This document shows positions 1 to 7,160 of a stretch of 58,634 nt of DNA, one piece after another. The notes below the pieces were generated by a model. It made no database searches, was not told where the DNA came from, and was given only the letters and a program-made list of their open reading frames with translations. The position numbers and the translations under genes are program-made. How positions within the stretch are numbered: position 1 is the first letter of the stretch; every line of letters begins with the position of its first letter. The stretch comes from a virus, in the IMG/VR virus record IMGVR_UViG_3300045988_080144; one strand, written 5' to 3'.

Positions 1-79
1 ATCGGGGTACGAATCTTGAAGGAGGTTGTGCGAAATGAAAGTAAGAGGCGACAATGCGCCGGCAAATGCGTTCTCGCTG
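1..79. repeat. Terminal overlap, copy 1 (identical to 58556-58634)
   Basis: Read by eye: 79/79 identical to the window end. Confidence 0.95.
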
Positions 80-93
80 GAGGAGCAGCCTGA
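1..93 (+). CDS. 3' end of the DGR reverse transcriptase ORF (continues 57551..58634 across the circular junction)
   Basis: 58556 (= position 1) is a codon start in the RT frame. Frame 1 stays open until TGA at 91-93. Confidence 0.85.
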   Translation: MGVRILKEVVRNESKRRQCAGKCVLAGGAA

Positions 94-415
94 CAAGCCC
101 GGCTACTGCCTTGTGCGGTTCTATGAGAACGTAGCTCCGTTCTCGGAAACGCAGGGCGAGCTGACGATCTCCGGCTTCGAGTACGATGAGTATTATCTGG
201 AACTGCCATTCTATGACGGGATCTATGATGATATTCTCGGCAGCTTCGACGGCTATTTCGCGCAGGCGAAGCTGGCCGAAGCCGAAAAGGAGACCATTCC
301 GAAGCTGAAACAGCAGGTAAGCGACCTGCAAAGCGTCAATGAAGGACTGTCCGCACAGATCACGCAGGCGCAGCTTGCGCTCTGTGACGTCTATGAGCTT
401 GTGATCGGAGGTTGA
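35..415 (+). CDS. Hypothetical fibre-module protein with C-terminal coiled coil
   Basis: ATG 35 lies 9 nt after GGAGG (21-25); the track ORF begins at TTG 26. The C-terminus KLKQQVSDLQSVNEGLSAQITQAQLAL is heptad-like. Confidence 0.6.
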   Translation: MKVRGDNAPANAFSLEEQPDKPGYCLVRFYENVAPFSETQGELTISGFEYDEYYLELPFYDGIYDDILGSFDGYFAQAKLAEAEKETIPKLKQQVSDLQSVNEGLSAQITQAQLALCDVYELVIGG

Positions 416-420
416 TGGAT

Positions 421-540
421 ATGGCGAAAGTGTATGCCGAGCTGATTCGAAAGGGGCTGAAAACACTTGATGATGTGCCGGAACGACTGCGCGAGGAAGT
501 CCGGCGTATCCTTGAAGAAGATGAGGTCGAGGGCGTATGA
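421..540 (+). CDS. Small 39-aa phage protein (XkdX/CD1375-like class), paralog 1
   Basis: GGAGG 407-411 precedes ATG 421. Product MAKVYAELIRKGLKTLDDVPERLREEVRRILEE. Below the track size cut-off and translated by hand. Confidence 0.6.
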   Translation: MAKVYAELIRKGLKTLDDVPERLREEVRRILEEDEVEGV

Positions 541-593
541 AGCGCCTTCGACTTTTTCTTTTGACTATTCTGTGTGGAAAGGAGGTCGCTGAT

Positions 594-710
594 ATGGCAA
601 TCGTGTATGCGACGTTGATCGTCAAGGGCAAAAAGACGCTCGACCAGGTGCCGGCTCTCATCAAGCCGCAGGTCGAGGAAATCCTGAAGGATCTCGAAGT
701 AGAGATCTGA
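594..710 (+). CDS. Small 38-aa phage protein, paralog 2
   Basis: GGAGG 581-585 precedes ATG 594. Product MAIVYATLIVKGKKTLDQVPALIKPQVEEILKD shares the xxVYAxLIxKGxKTLDxVP motif with 421..540. Confidence 0.6.
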   Translation: MAIVYATLIVKGKKTLDQVPALIKPQVEEILKDLEVEI

Positions 711-716
711 CACGCA

Positions 717-754
717 GCAGGAGGGGCGGCACGGTCTGCCTCTCCTGCATTTTG
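717..754 (+). terminator. Rho-independent terminator candidate
   Basis: gcaggaggggc (717-727) pairs with gcctctcctgc (738-748) with one G-U pair, followed by atttt. Confidence 0.5.
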
Positions 755-775
755 CAAGTAGAGGTGAAAGTGATT

Positions 776-1117
776 ATGACAATCAACGCTGGTGAGTTTC
801 TGATCGCGTTTGTCGCGGCTATGGGGATTCCGTCCGCCATCATGGGCCTTATCGTCTGGAAACTGGAACGGAAAATTGCGGCACGTGATAAGCGCGCCGA
901 AGAGCAGGATGAAGCGCAGAAAGACTTCTTTCTGCTCATGGTGCAGAGTACAGGCGCAGCAATCGCGCTCGGCGAAGCAACCGCCAAGGCAGTACAGCGC
1001 ATTCCAGACGCGAACTGCAACGGCGATATGCACGATGCTCTGAACTACGCAGCCAACATCAAGCATAAGCAGAAGGATTTTTTGACAAAGCAGGGTATTC
1101 ACGCCCTGTATGACTAA
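776..1117 (+). CDS. Putative holin / lysis membrane protein
   Basis: GAGGTG RBS precedes ATG 776. N-terminal TM segment FLIAFVAAMGIPSAIMGLIVW. Sits first in the lysis cassette. Confidence 0.5.
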   Translation: MTINAGEFLIAFVAAMGIPSAIMGLIVWKLERKIAARDKRAEEQDEAQKDFFLLMVQSTGAAIALGEATAKAVQRIPDANCNGDMHDALNYAANIKHKQKDFLTKQGIHALYD

Positions 1118-1132
1118 GGAGGAACACGATTC

Positions 1133-1474
1133 ATGGAATACAACATTACCACCATCATTCAGGCGGTATTTGCGCTGATCGCAGCAGTCATTACCGTCAT
1201 CGTCATTCCGTACATCAAGAGCAAGACCACAGCCCAGCAGCAGACCGATATTGAAGGCTGGGTGAGAGTCGCTGTTTCTGCCGCAGAGCAGCTTTATAAG
1301 GGCTCTGGTCGCGGAGATGAGAAGAAAGCATTTGTGCTTGACTGGCTCAAAAAGCGTCACATCGCTGTTGACGAAGCAAAGCTGGACGCTATGATCGAGG
1401 CTGCTGTGTATTGGCTGAATCACAGTTTCCTCACCGCCGGTGAGCTTTTGACCTCCGGGGGCGACGAAACATGA
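1133..1474 (+). CDS. Holin, LL-H-like family
   Basis: N-terminal TM segment IIQAVFALIAAVITVIVIPYI, then the AAEQLY..G.G.EKKAFVLDWL pattern typical of LL-H holins. Lies immediately upstream of the endolysin. Confidence 0.65.
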   Translation: MEYNITTIIQAVFALIAAVITVIVIPYIKSKTTAQQQTDIEGWVRVAVSAAEQLYKGSGRGDEKKAFVLDWLKKRHIAVDEAKLDAMIEAAVYWLNHSFLTAGELLTSGGDET

Positions 1475-2241
1475 GCGTACGCATCGGGCAGGCGTCGCTC
1501 GGCGAAACTGGCGCGCATGGGCAGAAACCCGGCAATCAGACCGGTCGCGAATTAAACTTCGCGTATTGGTACTCTGGAAGCTGGCTCGGTGTTCTCCGGT
1601 TCAAGGACCGCAGGAAAGCCGAGCTAGCCGCGCAGGCGTGCGAAGCTGGTGTCGGCAACAAGAACATCGGGTACGATCAGGACGGTCGCAACACAGCCTA
1701 CGTCGCTGCGGAAGCGGTAGACTTCATTCTGAGCAAGATCGCAAAGCCCGTAGAAACGGACTGCAGCGCGTTTATGATGCTCTGCGCAATTTCCGCTGGC
1801 GTCGACGCCCTGAAAGAAACCTACCGCAAGCAGGGCAATTCCTGCACGACCTACTGCATGATGCGCTGCTTCCCTGCGACGGGAGAATTTGAACTGCTGA
1901 CTGACCGGAAGTACCTGACATCTGACGCCTACCTGCGCCGGGGCGATATTCTCGTTTCCTCTGGGCACACAGTTATGGCGCTGGAAAACGGAGAAAAGGA
2001 GGACGACATGGACAAAGAAACCTTTACCGAGCTGTTCCGCGAAATGCGGAAAGATCTTCAGGACAATGACTGCAGCGATTGGAGCGAAGCTGCTCGCCAG
2101 TGGGCAGTCAACAACGGCATCGTGCAGGGCGGCGCACCGCTGCCCGACGGCTCCGCGAACTTCATGTGGCAGGACATGATGACGCGCGAGCAGCTCGTCA
2201 CGGTTCTTTACCGCTTCGCGCAGAAGCTCGGCATGATCTGA
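1471..2241 (+). CDS. Endolysin: cysteine-peptidase (NlpC/P60/CHAP-like) domain plus SLH-like C-terminal wall-binding domain
   Basis: Candidate Cys/His catalytic pair ETDCSAF ... GDILVSSGHTVMAL. The C-terminus WAVNNGIVQG...MTREQLVTVLYRF resembles an S-layer-homology motif. Confidence 0.65.
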   Translation: MSVRIGQASLGETGAHGQKPGNQTGRELNFAYWYSGSWLGVLRFKDRRKAELAAQACEAGVGNKNIGYDQDGRNTAYVAAEAVDFILSKIAKPVETDCSAFMMLCAISAGVDALKETYRKQGNSCTTYCMMRCFPATGEFELLTDRKYLTSDAYLRRGDILVSSGHTVMALENGEKEDDMDKETFTELFREMRKDLQDNDCSDWSEAARQWAVNNGIVQGGAPLPDGSANFMWQDMMTREQLVTVLYRFAQKLGMI

Positions 2242-2561
2242 TGGCTCAGAAAAAGCGCAGGAGAAAGAAGCTGGACACGAGCAAACTCGTCTGCTTCCTG
2301 CTGGTCGGGTCTGGCTTGCTTATCACGCAGGAATGTATTTACCTGATGCGCCTGTGCATCAAGTCCAACTATATGGCTTCTGCCGCTTGGTTGACAGCCG
2401 CGCTCAGTCTGGCGCAGGTTATCATCATCACGGGCGGCAAGTGCTATTTTGAGCTGGTCAAGTCCGACCACAAGCGTGGCGGCATCACGTTTGAAGCCGC
2501 CAAGGCAAACGGCTTTCAGGAGCAGGACGCATCGGACAACGTGGACAGCGCCTTTATCTGA
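2241..2561 (+). CDS. Membrane protein of the lysis cassette (106 aa)
   Basis: ATG 2241 overlaps the endolysin stop (TGATG). Basic N-terminus KKRRRKK followed by two hydrophobic segments. Confidence 0.5.
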   Translation: MAQKKRRRKKLDTSKLVCFLLVGSGLLITQECIYLMRLCIKSNYMASAAWLTAALSLAQVIIITGGKCYFELVKSDHKRGGITFEAAKANGFQEQDASDNVDSAFI

Positions 2562-2574
2562 ACACATGAACAAA

Positions 2575-2617
2575 CCCCTCGCATGGCAGAAGTGTCATGT
2601 GAGGGGTTTTCTTTTTT
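2575..2617. terminator. Bidirectional rho-independent terminator between lysis genes and the convergent cargo operon
   Basis: cccctcgcatg ... catgtgagggg stem followed by ttttctttttt on +. The minus-strand reading is followed by tttgtt. Confidence 0.7.
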
Positions 2618-2724
2618 GCGCGGCTCTGGCGGCTCGCTACGCCGTTTTTATATCTGCCCATTGATTCTCTCGTCGCTTTGCGCTGCCTAAACTTGCAAGT
2701 CCAGCAGCGACGCGACAGAGGCGC

Positions 2725-2952
2725 TTACTTCGTGCTATACGCTTTCGGTGTTATCTGAATCACAATCTCGTCACGTTTCAATGTCACGAAATTTATCTTC
2801 GCTTCGAGCGTTCCCGGCATGGACGCGGCTGGCAGCATATACAGGCTGGCAAAATGCCCGATCGTCAATGGTCCGGCTTTCACCACAACCGGAATCTCAT
2901 CACTGGCTGCTCCAATCTGATTACAGAAGTCGAGGACGGTAATTTTCTTCAT
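2725..2952 (-). CDS. Hypothetical protein (75 aa), last gene of the cargo operon
   Basis: ATG 2952 follows GAGGAGG embedded in the upstream gene's end. No recognisable domain. Confidence 0.5.
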   Translation of the reverse strand: MKKITVLDFCNQIGAASDEIPVVVKAGPLTIGHFASLYMLPAASMPGTLEAKINFVTLKRDEIVIQITPKAYSTK

Positions 2953-2954
2953 GC

Positions 2955-3791
2955 TCAATAATCCTCCTCAATACATTCGTCCGCTTCGGTGTAGTATTCT
3001 CCGTCGTAGCCTTTTCCCATAACCTTGTCGTAGCAATCGAAGCAGACCAACCGGAAAGTGATGCCGTGGCAGTCGCGCGTAAAGGTCATGTCCTCCCGCA
3101 GAAACTCGCCCTTGCAGACCGGGCATTCAATCTTCCGCACTTCCTCCCACCCGGTGTCTTCCAAATCGTCGAAACCGTTCCAGACGTCCTCCATGACGAT
3201 CTGCTTTTTCTTATCGACGATCAGACACGCAGCTTCGTCGCCGAACTTTTTGCTTTCGAGCAGAAACAGGTGCGCGGTAAGTGTCTGTGGCTTGCCGTTC
3301 ACGTCCGGGGTAATCTGAAAATCACCCTCGTCAATGATGTACCACGTTCCCTCGTGGCCATCAATCTTAATATTGTCGCTAATCCAACTCAGCATGTGCC
3401 ATCGTTCCGGTTCTCTCACGATTGCCCACGTGCTGAGCGAATCCTGCTTATGCGCGAAATCTTCGATGGCCTCAACCGTTCCACAAGTATCGCAGATGTA
3501 GCAGCCGACACGGCGGCTGAGGGCATTGCGCGTGACACTCTCTGCGTCCATTGTCATCTTCCCGCAGCGGGGACACGCGAAGTGTCCGCTCTGCTTCTTG
3601 GCAAATTCGGCAATGAGAATCCGCGCCAGCGTTTCCTCGTTTGGTTCGATACTTTCGACTTCCCATGCCTCGCGGCCGTCGGCTTTGGCTTTTTCTCGTG
3701 CCTGCTGCTGATCCACTGCGAACACGGCGGCGGTGATCCGCTGGCCGTTGTCACGATTGCGATAAGTGACTGTCCAAGATTTGTTCTCCAT
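2955..3791 (-). CDS. Hypothetical protein with two CxxC...CxxC zinc-ribbon-like motifs (278 aa)
   Basis: AAAGGAG RBS precedes ATG 3791. Motifs CPRCG...CDTCG and CPVC...CFDC. Confidence 0.55.
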   Translation of the reverse strand: MENKSWTVTYRNRDNGQRITAAVFAVDQQQAREKAKADGREAWEVESIEPNEETLARILIAEFAKKQSGHFACPRCGKMTMDAESVTRNALSRRVGCYICDTCGTVEAIEDFAHKQDSLSTWAIVREPERWHMLSWISDNIKIDGHEGTWYIIDEGDFQITPDVNGKPQTLTAHLFLLESKKFGDEAACLIVDKKKQIVMEDVWNGFDDLEDTGWEEVRKIECPVCKGEFLREDMTFTRDCHGITFRLVCFDCYDKVMGKGYDGEYYTEADECIEEDY

Positions 3792-3802
3792 GACGGCTCC
3801 TT

Positions 3803-4033
3803 TCACTCGATAGCAGCTTCGATGCTGCTGATGGCTTCTTCCAGACTGTCCACGGCGCTGGAAAGATTGTCGCAGGCTTCGTCGGCCTTTTCATAGCGTT
3901 CGCTTTCCTGCATATTCTCCGGGATGTTGTCTCGGTATTCTTCTTCCTCGGCCTGAAGGTCTTCGAGGCTGCCTTTCAGCTCCTCCAACTGGTCAATGAT
4001 GGCCTGCAAATTCTTGCGGCGGATTTTATTCAT
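3803..4033 (-). CDS. Small acidic coiled-coil protein (76 aa)
   Basis: Complete ORF. Product LEELKGSLEDLQAEEEEYRDNIPENMQESERYEKADEA. Its stop overlaps the next gene's RBS. Confidence 0.55.
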   Translation of the reverse strand: MNKIRRKNLQAIIDQLEELKGSLEDLQAEEEEYRDNIPENMQESERYEKADEACDNLSSAVDSLEEAISSIEAAIE

Positions 4034-4076
4034 GATTTATCCTTTCAGCCCTCGTAACCTCCGGGGCGGGACTCTA

Positions 4077-4319
4077 TTATGTCAGCTTGAATACCGTGTA
4101 GCAGTAATTTCCGTCTCCGTCGAGGACAGTTTCGGCCGTGCAAAGGTGCGAAAGCGCGATGCTCATCGGCGATCCGTAAGTTCCACGTTCCCACAGCCCA
4201 GCGCGTTCTGCCATGTTCCAGAAACAGCCGACCTCAATTCCGCCGCCGGGAAATGGATGATGCTTTGTGAACCGCGCCCGGATGAAGTTTTCACACCACT
4301 CGACTTTTACGTTTTTCAT
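4077..4319 (-). CDS. Hypothetical protein (80 aa)
   Basis: AGGAGG RBS upstream of ATG 4319. Confidence 0.5.
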   Translation of the reverse strand: MKNVKVEWCENFIRARFTKHHPFPGGGIEVGCFWNMAERAGLWERGTYGSPMSIALSHLCTAETVLDGDGNYCYTVFKLT

Positions 4320-4337
4320 TTGGTTTCCTCCTTGCCC

Positions 4338-4571
4338 TTATGCGTTCTGTGGCTGGATGTCATACGCTTCAGCTCTTTCGACTTCGCCGCCAATCTCCCA
4401 TGAGTACCCTTTGCCAGTGGCTGCGATACAGAAAGCGACGTCTGTGACGATCTTGCCGTTGTCGCCGCCCTCCATAGGGATGATGTTCTTCAGGGCGGGC
4501 GCGAAGCCGAAGGTCATTTTCACGGCGTCTCTGGCAGCTCTCTTGTAATCCATAGCAGTTATCTTCTTCAT
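4338..4571 (-). CDS. Hypothetical protein (77 aa)
   Basis: GAGGAG RBS lies 9 nt upstream of ATG 4571. The longer track ORF (to 4640) would overlap the upstream gene. Confidence 0.5.
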   Translation of the reverse strand: MKKITAMDYKRAARDAVKMTFGFAPALKNIIPMEGGDNGKIVTDVAFCIAATGKGYSWEIGGEVERAEAYDIQPQNA

Positions 4572-4587
4572 GGCGTTGCTTCTCCTC

Positions 4588-5160
4588 TCAGCGCAACCGA
4601 TAGGTTCTGTCCCGGTAGCTGACGCAATATGCGTTGTCATACTTGAAAACCATTACGTAGGCCGTGGCAATGCGGTTGGCCCCAAACTTGCGGCGGATAA
4701 CGCGCTTGGCAATCTCGATGGCCTCACCGGTAAATGTTTTGCTTTTGGAAGAACACTCCTTAGCGATGTACCGCTTGAGGCGCAGCTCTGCAGCGGCCTT
4801 CGCCTCGGCCTCGGTGCCGTACTGCGTACCGCTTACGCGGTTTTCACCGATTTTGAAAAACCGTTCCTGCTGGAGGACTTCGAGCCGGTTGTTCCAGAGC
4901 GTCGCCCAGTTGTCGTTGTTGTTGGGGCGGACATCGGCATCCAGCGCCTTGCCGACGATGATCTCGACGCCCTCAACGTTTGCCGCGTAATCAGAGAAGC
5001 GGTCTACTAAGATGCGGACGATCTCTTTGCCGTCCGTAAGATCGATCTTTGCGGTTTCGCCCTGACTGCCGCTCATGGAAGCGGTATTGATGGAGTAGCC
5101 CTTGGCCAGCCACTCGGCTACGATCTCGGTAAATCTGCGATTGATGTCAGCGTATTTCAT
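4588..5160 (-). CDS. Hypothetical protein (190 aa)
   Basis: AGGAGG RBS upstream of ATG 5160. No recognisable domain. Confidence 0.55.
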   Translation of the reverse strand: MKYADINRRFTEIVAEWLAKGYSINTASMSGSQGETAKIDLTDGKEIVRILVDRFSDYAANVEGVEIIVGKALDADVRPNNNDNWATLWNNRLEVLQQERFFKIGENRVSGTQYGTEAEAKAAAELRLKRYIAKECSSKSKTFTGEAIEIAKRVIRRKFGANRIATAYVMVFKYDNAYCVSYRDRTYRLR

Positions 5161-5173
5161 TTTGTGTTCCTCC

Positions 5174-5202
5174 TTGATATTTTTGCCTTACTCGGTTATA
5201 AT
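5174..5202 (+). promoter_or_regulatory. Near-consensus sigma-70-type promoter on the + strand inside the minus-strand operon
   Basis: TTGATA (5174-5179), 17-nt spacer, TATAAT (5197-5202). Confidence 0.5.
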
Positions 5203-5208
5203 CAAGGT

Positions 5209-5285
5209 GGCCGGGGTAAGGCTCCCGGCTCACCTTTTGGGGTGTTTGAGTAGCGGGTCTGTGGAAGGGGCCGCTACTCTTTTTA
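5209..5285 (+). ncRNA. Candidate ~77-nt antisense small RNA
   Basis: Lies downstream of the 5174-5202 promoter. Contains a stem-loop at 5204-5236 and a perfect 9-bp stem gagtagcgg/ccgctactc (5248-5279) followed by T5 (5280-5284). No ORF. Antisense to an operon intergenic region. Confidence 0.4.
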
Positions 5286-5286
5286 T

Positions 5287-5400
5287 TTACTCATCCATGA
5301 TGCGCTTGACGCTTTCGCGGAGTTCTTCGAGCGTTTCGCACTTCTCGATGAGTTCGAGGATTGCTTTCAACAGCGCCTCGGTAACGTTCACGTCGTTCAT
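5287..5400 (-). CDS. Small helical protein (37 aa), first gene of the cargo operon
   Basis: GAGGTG RBS precedes ATG 5400. Product MNDVNVTEALLKAILELIEKCETLEELRESVKRIMDE, translated by hand. Confidence 0.45.
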   Translation of the reverse strand: MNDVNVTEALLKAILELIEKCETLEELRESVKRIMDE

Positions 5401-5447
5401 TCACCTCGCTCCTTTCAAAAAGCTGTTCGGCTTTGCCTTACACTCAT

Positions 5448-5476
5448 ATATTACACCATTTTCGTGTACTTGTCAA
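5448..5476 (-). promoter_or_regulatory. Promoter of the minus-strand cargo operon
   Basis: Minus strand reads TTGACA (5476-5471), 17-nt spacer, TAATAT (5453-5448). Confidence 0.55.
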
Positions 5477-5518
5477 TAGAAAAGTTAAACATTTTCGTGA
5501 AATCGTAAAACTTTTTTA

Positions 5519-5547
5519 TTGACGTATAAACGGAAATGGTGTATATT
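5519..5547 (+). promoter_or_regulatory. Divergent promoter of the HTH regulator genes
   Basis: TTGACG (5519-5524), 17-nt spacer, TATATT (5542-5547). Confidence 0.55.
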
Positions 5548-5571
5548 CGTACTAGAGGGAGGTGGTGCAAG

Positions 5572-5817
5572 GTGTCGGTTTCAAAAAAGGTCAAAGCCCT
5601 GCTGCTGGAGCGTGAAAAGAAGCAGTCGGATTTGATGGAAGTCTTAGGTATGAGCAGTAAGCAGAGCCTAAGCAACAAGTTCTCAAACGAAAGATGGTCT
5701 GCCGACGATCTTGTAAAAATAGCCGAATACTGTGGCTGTAAGCTGGCGTTCGTGTTACCGAATGGCGAACGGATTGTAATTGCAAATGATGATTCGACGG
5801 ACGGAATCGAAGGTTAG
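5572..5817 (+). CDS. XRE-family HTH regulator (81 aa)
   Basis: GTG 5572 lies 9 nt after AGGGAGG. Product KKVKALLLEREKKQSDLMEVLGMSSKQSLSNKFSNERWSADDLVKIAEYCGCKL is HTH-like. Confidence 0.6.
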   Translation: MSVSKKVKALLLEREKKQSDLMEVLGMSSKQSLSNKFSNERWSADDLVKIAEYCGCKLAFVLPNGERIVIANDDSTDGIEG

Positions 5818-5827
5818 GAGGTTTTTT

Positions 5828-6109
5828 GTGAACTACGACGAAATCATGGAGCGCGGCATCAGAAGGACGATCATTTCCTTTGACCCGTTTCTAAAGCGCG
5901 AAGACGTGCGCGGTCTGACCGACGCGCAGGTTGGCAAAAAGTTCGGTCTGGCAACAAAGACAGTCAAAGCGATGCGGCTGCATCAGGACGTTCCCTTTGA
6001 GACGATCCAGATCCTGTGCCATCAGCTCCAATGCCAGCCCGGCGAGATTCTGAACGCCATAGAGGTCTATACGATTCCCGCAAAAGGAGAAAGCCCGGAC
6101 GCATGGTAA
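5828..6109 (+). CDS. Putative DNA-binding protein (93 aa)
   Basis: AGGAGG precedes GTG 5828. The segment LTDAQVGKKFGLATKTVKAMR is HTH-like. Confidence 0.5.
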   Translation: MNYDEIMERGIRRTIISFDPFLKREDVRGLTDAQVGKKFGLATKTVKAMRLHQDVPFETIQILCHQLQCQPGEILNAIEVYTIPAKGESPDAW

Positions 6110-6119
6110 GCGTCCGGGC
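6093..6119. terminator. Hairpin between convergent genes
   Basis: gcccggacgc (6093-6102) pairs with gcgtccgggc (6110-6119), a perfect 10-bp stem overlapping the stop codon. Confidence 0.5.
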
Positions 6120-6132
6120 TTCGGGGAGCAAG

Positions 6133-6387
6133 TCAGGTATGTAGTTTGAAGCCGGCTCGCGTCCTTACCCGCGGCTCGCTGTTCGGCACACGGATAATCA
6201 GCTCTTCGAGTTCACAGTCCAGTGCTTCGCATATCAAATCCAAATGCTCAAGGCTGATGCGCTCGGCAAATTCGTGGTAGTAGTCGTTGATGGTAGACGG
6301 ACGTATGCCAGTTGCGCGAGCGAGATCAGCCTGCGTCCAGCGCCTTTCGCCGAGGCGCGTGGACAGTAAAATCCTAATCATAGCCAT
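6133..6387 (-). CDS. XRE-family HTH regulator (84 aa)
   Basis: Product LGERRWTQADLARATGIRPSTINDYYH is a canonical HTH_3-like motif. Confidence 0.7.
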   Translation of the reverse strand: MAMIRILLSTRLGERRWTQADLARATGIRPSTINDYYHEFAERISLEHLDLICEALDCELEELIIRVPNSEPRVRTRAGFKLHT

Positions 6388-6444
6388 GCTCCTTTACGAG
6401 AAAATATAACAAGTATTTTCTCATTTTGCATGGAATCGTTAGGT

Positions 6445-6463
6445 TATAACGAACTTCGTTATA
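6445..6463. promoter_or_regulatory. Perfect 9-bp inverted repeat (operator candidate)
   Basis: tataacgaa-c-ttcgttata, upstream of the 6133..6387 regulator. Confidence 0.4.
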
Positions 6464-6506
6464 GAAAATAAAGCCGCTATGTGGAGAAATCCAGCATAGC
6501 GGCTTT
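6461..6506 (-). terminator. Minus-strand rho-independent terminator between divergent genes
   Basis: 12-bp stem aaagccgctatg/catagcggcttt. The minus-strand reading is followed by tattttct. Confidence 0.5.
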
Positions 6507-6565
6507 CGCTACATAGCGATAAAATAAATACGGGGGCATGACCCAAGAGAACAGGAGGAGTCTAT

Positions 6566-6874
6566 ATGTCTAAAAGTGATTTTGATGTCAGGTCATACGC
6601 ATATCAAAGCACCGATGAATCGGGCGGCGGGATGGTTCTTGCCTATTTTAACGGAAATCAAGAAGTACCAGATGAAACACTTCTGTGTAACGGAAAATCT
6701 TATCAGCGAGTGGATCGCCTTGGAATTGATTATGACTCCATCCCAGACCACCAGAGATATTCCCTTGCCAAAATGGCGATTGACGTTACACAGCAAGTAA
6801 TGAACGACCCGGAACTCAGAGCGAAATACGATCAGTATATCAAAGAAAAGAGACGCAGAAAGAATAGCAAATGA
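6566..6874 (+). CDS. Hypothetical protein (102 aa) in an AT-richer island
   Basis: AGGAGG RBS and complete ORF. Basic C-terminus KEKRRRKNSK. Confidence 0.5.
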   Translation: MSKSDFDVRSYAYQSTDESGGGMVLAYFNGNQEVPDETLLCNGKSYQRVDRLGIDYDSIPDHQRYSLAKMAIDVTQQVMNDPELRAKYDQYIKEKRRRKNSK

Positions 6875-6912
6875 ACCGCAACATGAACCACAAAACATAG
6901 TTTTAAAGGGTC

Positions 6913-6938
6913 ATGCACCTCAAATGAACCTCGATTTT
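6913..6938 (+). repeat. Direct repeat copy 1 (arm-type integrase site candidate)
   Basis: atgcacctcaaatgaacctcgatttt compared with atgcacctcaaaatgaatctcatttt at 7135-7160. Confidence 0.5.
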
Positions 6939-6980
6939 TTATGTTTTTCTTTGCTCGGTTATATCAGAGTTTATCAAAAG

Positions 6981-7016
6981 AAAAAAGCCAGAAACCATTG
7001 CGGTTTCTGGCTTTTC
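6981..7016. terminator. Strong bidirectional terminator downstream of int
   Basis: A6, then the perfect 10-bp stem gccagaaacc/ggtttctggc, then TTTT. Confidence 0.75.
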
Positions 7017-7134
7017 TTGAAAACTCAACGCTTCGAGAACTGCGGTGCGCGTCTCGCGGCTTTGAGACCGTACTTCTGAAATCCTCGCGTGAAAAGTCCC
7101 CTATTTTCAATGACTTTACGATTTTATAATTTCT

Positions 7135-7160
7135 ATGCACCTCAAAATGAATCTCATTTT
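7135..7160 (+). repeat. Direct repeat copy 2 (overlaps the integrase stop codon)
   Basis: See 6913-6938. An additional atgcacc lies at 7174-7180. Confidence 0.5.

Noticed and set aside
26-415. TTG start at 26 given by the track
   Set aside because: ATG 35 sits at optimal distance (9 nt) from GGAGG 21-25, whereas TTG 26 directly abuts the RBS.
7020-7110. Possible tRNA 3' fragment in the attP region
   Set aside because: I could not fold a T-arm/acceptor stem or find a GTTCGAATC-like T-loop. No tRNA claim is made.
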